Positions 60,009-64,000 of a stretch of 64,000 nucleotides of DNA are shown in pieces (position 1 is the stretch's first letter; each line of letters starts with the position of its first letter). This DNA comes from the human T2T-CHM13v2.0 reference genome, Homo sapiens. Below the pieces are notes generated by a model. That model did no database searches, was not told the origin of the DNA, and saw only the letters and a list, made by a program, of their open reading frames with translations. The translations under genes were made by a program, and so were the position numbers. Location of the stretch: the NCBI RefSeq assembly GCF_009914755.1, contig NC_060926.1; one strand, given 5' to 3'.

Positions 60009-63000
60009 CAGCCCTTTCCAACCAAAAACTTCCCAGATAATTAAAAATGAGTGTCAGATGCCACTGTATTTACCATTTAAGTAATTAAGTAATATATGAG
60101 ATAAATTTGAGTTTTAAAATGATGAATGCTTCATGAGACTTAAAAAAAGCATCAATTAATTACTTTTATTTACTGAAATATTACTTGACTCTGCAATCTA
60201 AAAATAGTTTAACCTACTTCCATGTTGCTTCCCTTACTCAACTCCTTGAAGAAGTTTTCACGTCTCATCCATCTTTGTGGTTCGAGCTCTTAATGTCACA
60301 GTTGGTATTTTATTAGATATCCAAACTAAAAAGTCAATAAAGAATTAGTAGTTCTTTAATCCTTTGACAGAAGAATAAAACGTTATTTTGGGACAAAACA
60401 TTGAATGTTTCATTCATTCATTCCACAAGGCAGCAAATACTTTTCCATATCTTACTATGTGAGGGGTACAGTGCTACACGCTGGGAACAAAGGGAGATAA
60501 AACTCATGTGGTCCCTTCTGTCCTCATGGAGTATGCAATCAAGTGATGGGCTTAGATACGTGTGCAGAGAATAATAGTAAAATTATGCATGTTATAACGA
60601 GGTAAATATGGAAAAGCAAACTTTGAGTGGAGTTGAGAGGAGGAATAAGATTGATAAATGTACTGAACAGTGAACTTGCAGGCATTATATTAAGCAAATG
60701 CGTAAGTGCAACGGAGCCAGAAAGTATTATAGTAAGATTTCAGTGGCTTGAAAACATTGTTTATCTGCAAAGTAAAGTGCTTAAAACTGTTGGTAATGAA
60801 CTCAGAAAGCAACAAGTAGAGTTACTGGGCGGTGCGGTGCTTTTACTGTCTTCTACTTTATGCCCCAGATCAAGCCCTTGTCAGCGATTAGTAGCAGTGC
60901 TTCAAGGTTTACAGACACGGACTAGATTCTTATTTTGCCATCTTACGCAAAAGCAGATCAGCAATCCTTTCCAAAAAGCAATAAAAACTGAGAACAGGGC
61001 AGCCTCTGAAATCTTATGAGATGAGGTTCCAACTGATTGGAAGCAAGACTGCATGTCCCACGCAGGTGCCAGTGCTCTCTAATTGCTGCAGAAAGGCAGA
61101 AGAATGAGATGTGGATTTATTGAGTACTGTCTGTGCCTGGGACTGTGCCCACGAAACCGTTCAGAGCTTCTACTCGCTGTGACCTGCTCAGGCCTTTCAG
61201 AGACGGAACATTCAGAGCCCATGTGACCTGAATGAGCAGCATCCCCACACCCTACAAGGGCAGTCATGCAGGCAAGGACATCTGAGGCACCCTGGGATCT
61301 AAAAGAGGCAGTGCCCGGCAGCAGTAAGAACCCTTCATCATGGTCCAGAAGAAAGGCACTGTTGTGACAGTTTTGGGCAAGTCACTAAAATTCCAAGGCC
61401 ACTCAGATTCAAATTCAGTTTCTGTTTCCTGAATCACAAGATGTGGCACATAAAATCTTCCCCTCCTATCTCCTGAAACAATACAATCGCACATTTTACA
61501 CACAGTCAAGCATTCCACAAATGCCAAGTATTACTGAGACAGGAATGAGATTCAATATCAGAAAAGCAATAGTCCAAATGTTTTTTATACTCATTTAATT
61601 CTCCTTTTATTTCGTGACCTAGTATCAACTTCCTGGAATGCATTAAGGAGTTTCTTGTTTTTGAAAATATTATTCAGTGCATTCTTTGCTGCTGGTATTT
61701 TCTAATAACATTATTTGAAACATCAGCAGAAATGGCATCCTCCCTTAGGACTATCCCGATTAAAAAATGAGCAGAGTATTTACCTTACAGCATCCTGTGT
61801 AAATACTGACGCTAAAACTCAGCCAGTGATTTCATCACTTTTGTGATGACTTTATCAGGTACCTCAATGAAAATACCTGTTAATAGAGAAAAAATACCTG
61901 GTATAGAGATATTTCTGGGTAACATTTAATATTAATAATTTCTGCCTTTCTTGTCTTTAAAATAGAGAACTCTTTGACATGTATCTAAAAGAGAAGGCAT
62001 GGAACCAGCTTTGGTACACAGCCTCCCTCAAATTCCATTAATGCGTAGTTGGCTGCATCAGGGTCGGCAGTATAAATTCATTTTGTGCACATTTACCGAG
62101 CACTTATGTGTGATGCACTCTTTTACAGAAACTCTTGAAATATCCTTCAGAGGATGAATCCTTGTGAAGTTTCAAAATGAAGCCACTGCAACTAATTATT
62201 AGATTGAACATAACTATTCTTTATACACAGATCTTTTTTCCCTAACTATACATGTAATGCATGTCATTTGTGAATATTTGAGATATATAGATAAAAGTAA
62301 AAACAAAACTATAAAACAAAAATAACTCCTCATATTAGAACCTGGGGATAACCAGTGAGAATATTTTGGTATATTTGCATAAAAGTGAGATCATATGGCA
62401 TATGGTATTACGTATCCGGCTTTTTTGACATTATATTGTATTTTCTCACATCAGTAAATATCCCTTAAAAATGAATGCATAATATTTGATGATGTTTATA
62501 TACCATAATTTAACTTAAAGTTTTTATGTTTTTAACAAGGCTATGATGATTTTTGCCTACATATCTGATTTTTTAATGACGGACATATAGTAGAATTATT
62601 AATTAGAGTAATGGGTATAATTTTTTTATACTGCAAGTTCTCCTTTCCAAATAATAGACACAGTTTTAATACTAATGAGCAAAAACATAAATAAAATCAC
62701 CCTAAATTCTATCTTGTAAATATAACTAGAATTAACATTTTGATGTATATCTATCTTTTCTTATTTAATCTAAAATATGATTTCCCATAAATTGAAGATC
62801 TAATTTTTAAAAAATTTCCCCCAAATAGCCAATTTTCTCAGCATTACTTCTAGAATAACCTACTGCTGATTCCCTATTGATTTGTCTCAGCTCTTACCAA
62901 AAATGAACCATAGGAATATCTTGGCCACAAATAAATATGGAATTTACAGTTATTTTCCTTGTTTATTGGCCAGGAGTCAGCCAAATGTTTGATAGATTTA

Positions 63001-64000
63001 AAGCCTCCAGCCACAATCAGCTCTCCACTTCTGTGCCCCTCCACCCACTCACGACAGCTATGAATCTGGAATGAGGTGGGTTCAGAGACCTCCCATTCAT
63101 GAACACCATAAAACATGCACATTGGCTCAAGATCATTCACTCATTGGAAGAGAATTTTGAGTCAGTGCATCAAAGAGCAATGTCCTGTTTTTCTAGACCA
63201 CTCTACTCATCCCATCCCCTCCTGATTCTCTCATTCATTTTTAATGACCTCCCAGCAGGGGATATTTGTGAATAAAATCTATTAGATTTTTTTCTAGGTT
63301 TCTTAAAGGCTGATCTGGCTTAAACCATGCATCAAAATTAAAACTAAATTGACTTCCTTATATCAAGTTGAGCAGTAGCTTGATAAACATTATAGTGCAT
63401 TATAATCTCAGAAATAGATTATATAATAGCTATATTATTATCTCAGAAGCAAATATAATGGGGAAAAAACAGATTTGTAATAAAGGCCTTAACACCCACA
63501 ATTATTGGGGAAAAATGTTAACAATTTTAATCAGCCTCTATTGAAACAGAATATCAATCAAACCCCTCTTGAGCTATCACACATATATCCAATTCAAGAA
63601 TTATTTAGTTACACAAATCAACATTTGCAATGTGTTTAATATGTTCTGATATAAAACCAGAAGACTAATACCAACTACTCTAACATTTACTAACATACTG
63701 TAAATGATTTACTTAGGAGTCTGTTTTAATAAAGTTCACCTTCACAAAGCAGCATTTAGAGAAGCTTCCCCTAAGTCAGACTTGTTTTTACATGTGAAAC
63801 TGCTATGCTTTTTCAATTGGATAAATCACTGAATTGATCTAAATAGAGTGGGCTGATCTATGTTGTTATAAGCTCTTTTTGGCCTCTAATTTTCCTGTTT
63901 ATTCAAAGTAAAGAAAGACAGTACTTTTTGTTTCTAAAATCAGAATGGTAGTTCCTCACTCTATAAGCAAATTGAAAATGATTACGTTCTTCATGGCCAC

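Overview
Human (or near-identical great-ape) genomic DNA containing the head-to-head COL4A4/COL4A3 type IV collagen locus (known location 2q36). COL4A4 is on the minus strand: non-coding first exon(s) lie in the CpG island (~44765-45320), followed by coding exons 2-6 at 28175-28245, 25279-25321, 20935-21012, 1779-1913 and 660-704, which I checked by hand for GT-AG boundaries and frame. COL4A3 exon 1 (signal peptide, 45485-45571) is on the plus strand and is followed by intron 1 to the end of the window. The rest is intronic DNA rich in Alu, L1, MaLR/ERV1 solo LTRs and DNA transposons. I see no new gene or novel system. The most notable sequence-level observations are: a ~150-190 bp inverted duplication spanning an Alu insertion junction; two MADE1 hairpins bracketing exons 5-6, one with mirror-symmetric substitutions; a palindromic motif cluster in COL4A4 intron 1; extra splice donors and uORFs in the bidirectional promoter; a direct repeat that explains a known signal-peptide deletion; and a nested MER50-like LTR oriented toward COL4A4. 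Repeat subfamily names are from memory of consensus sequences, and repeat boundaries are approximate.
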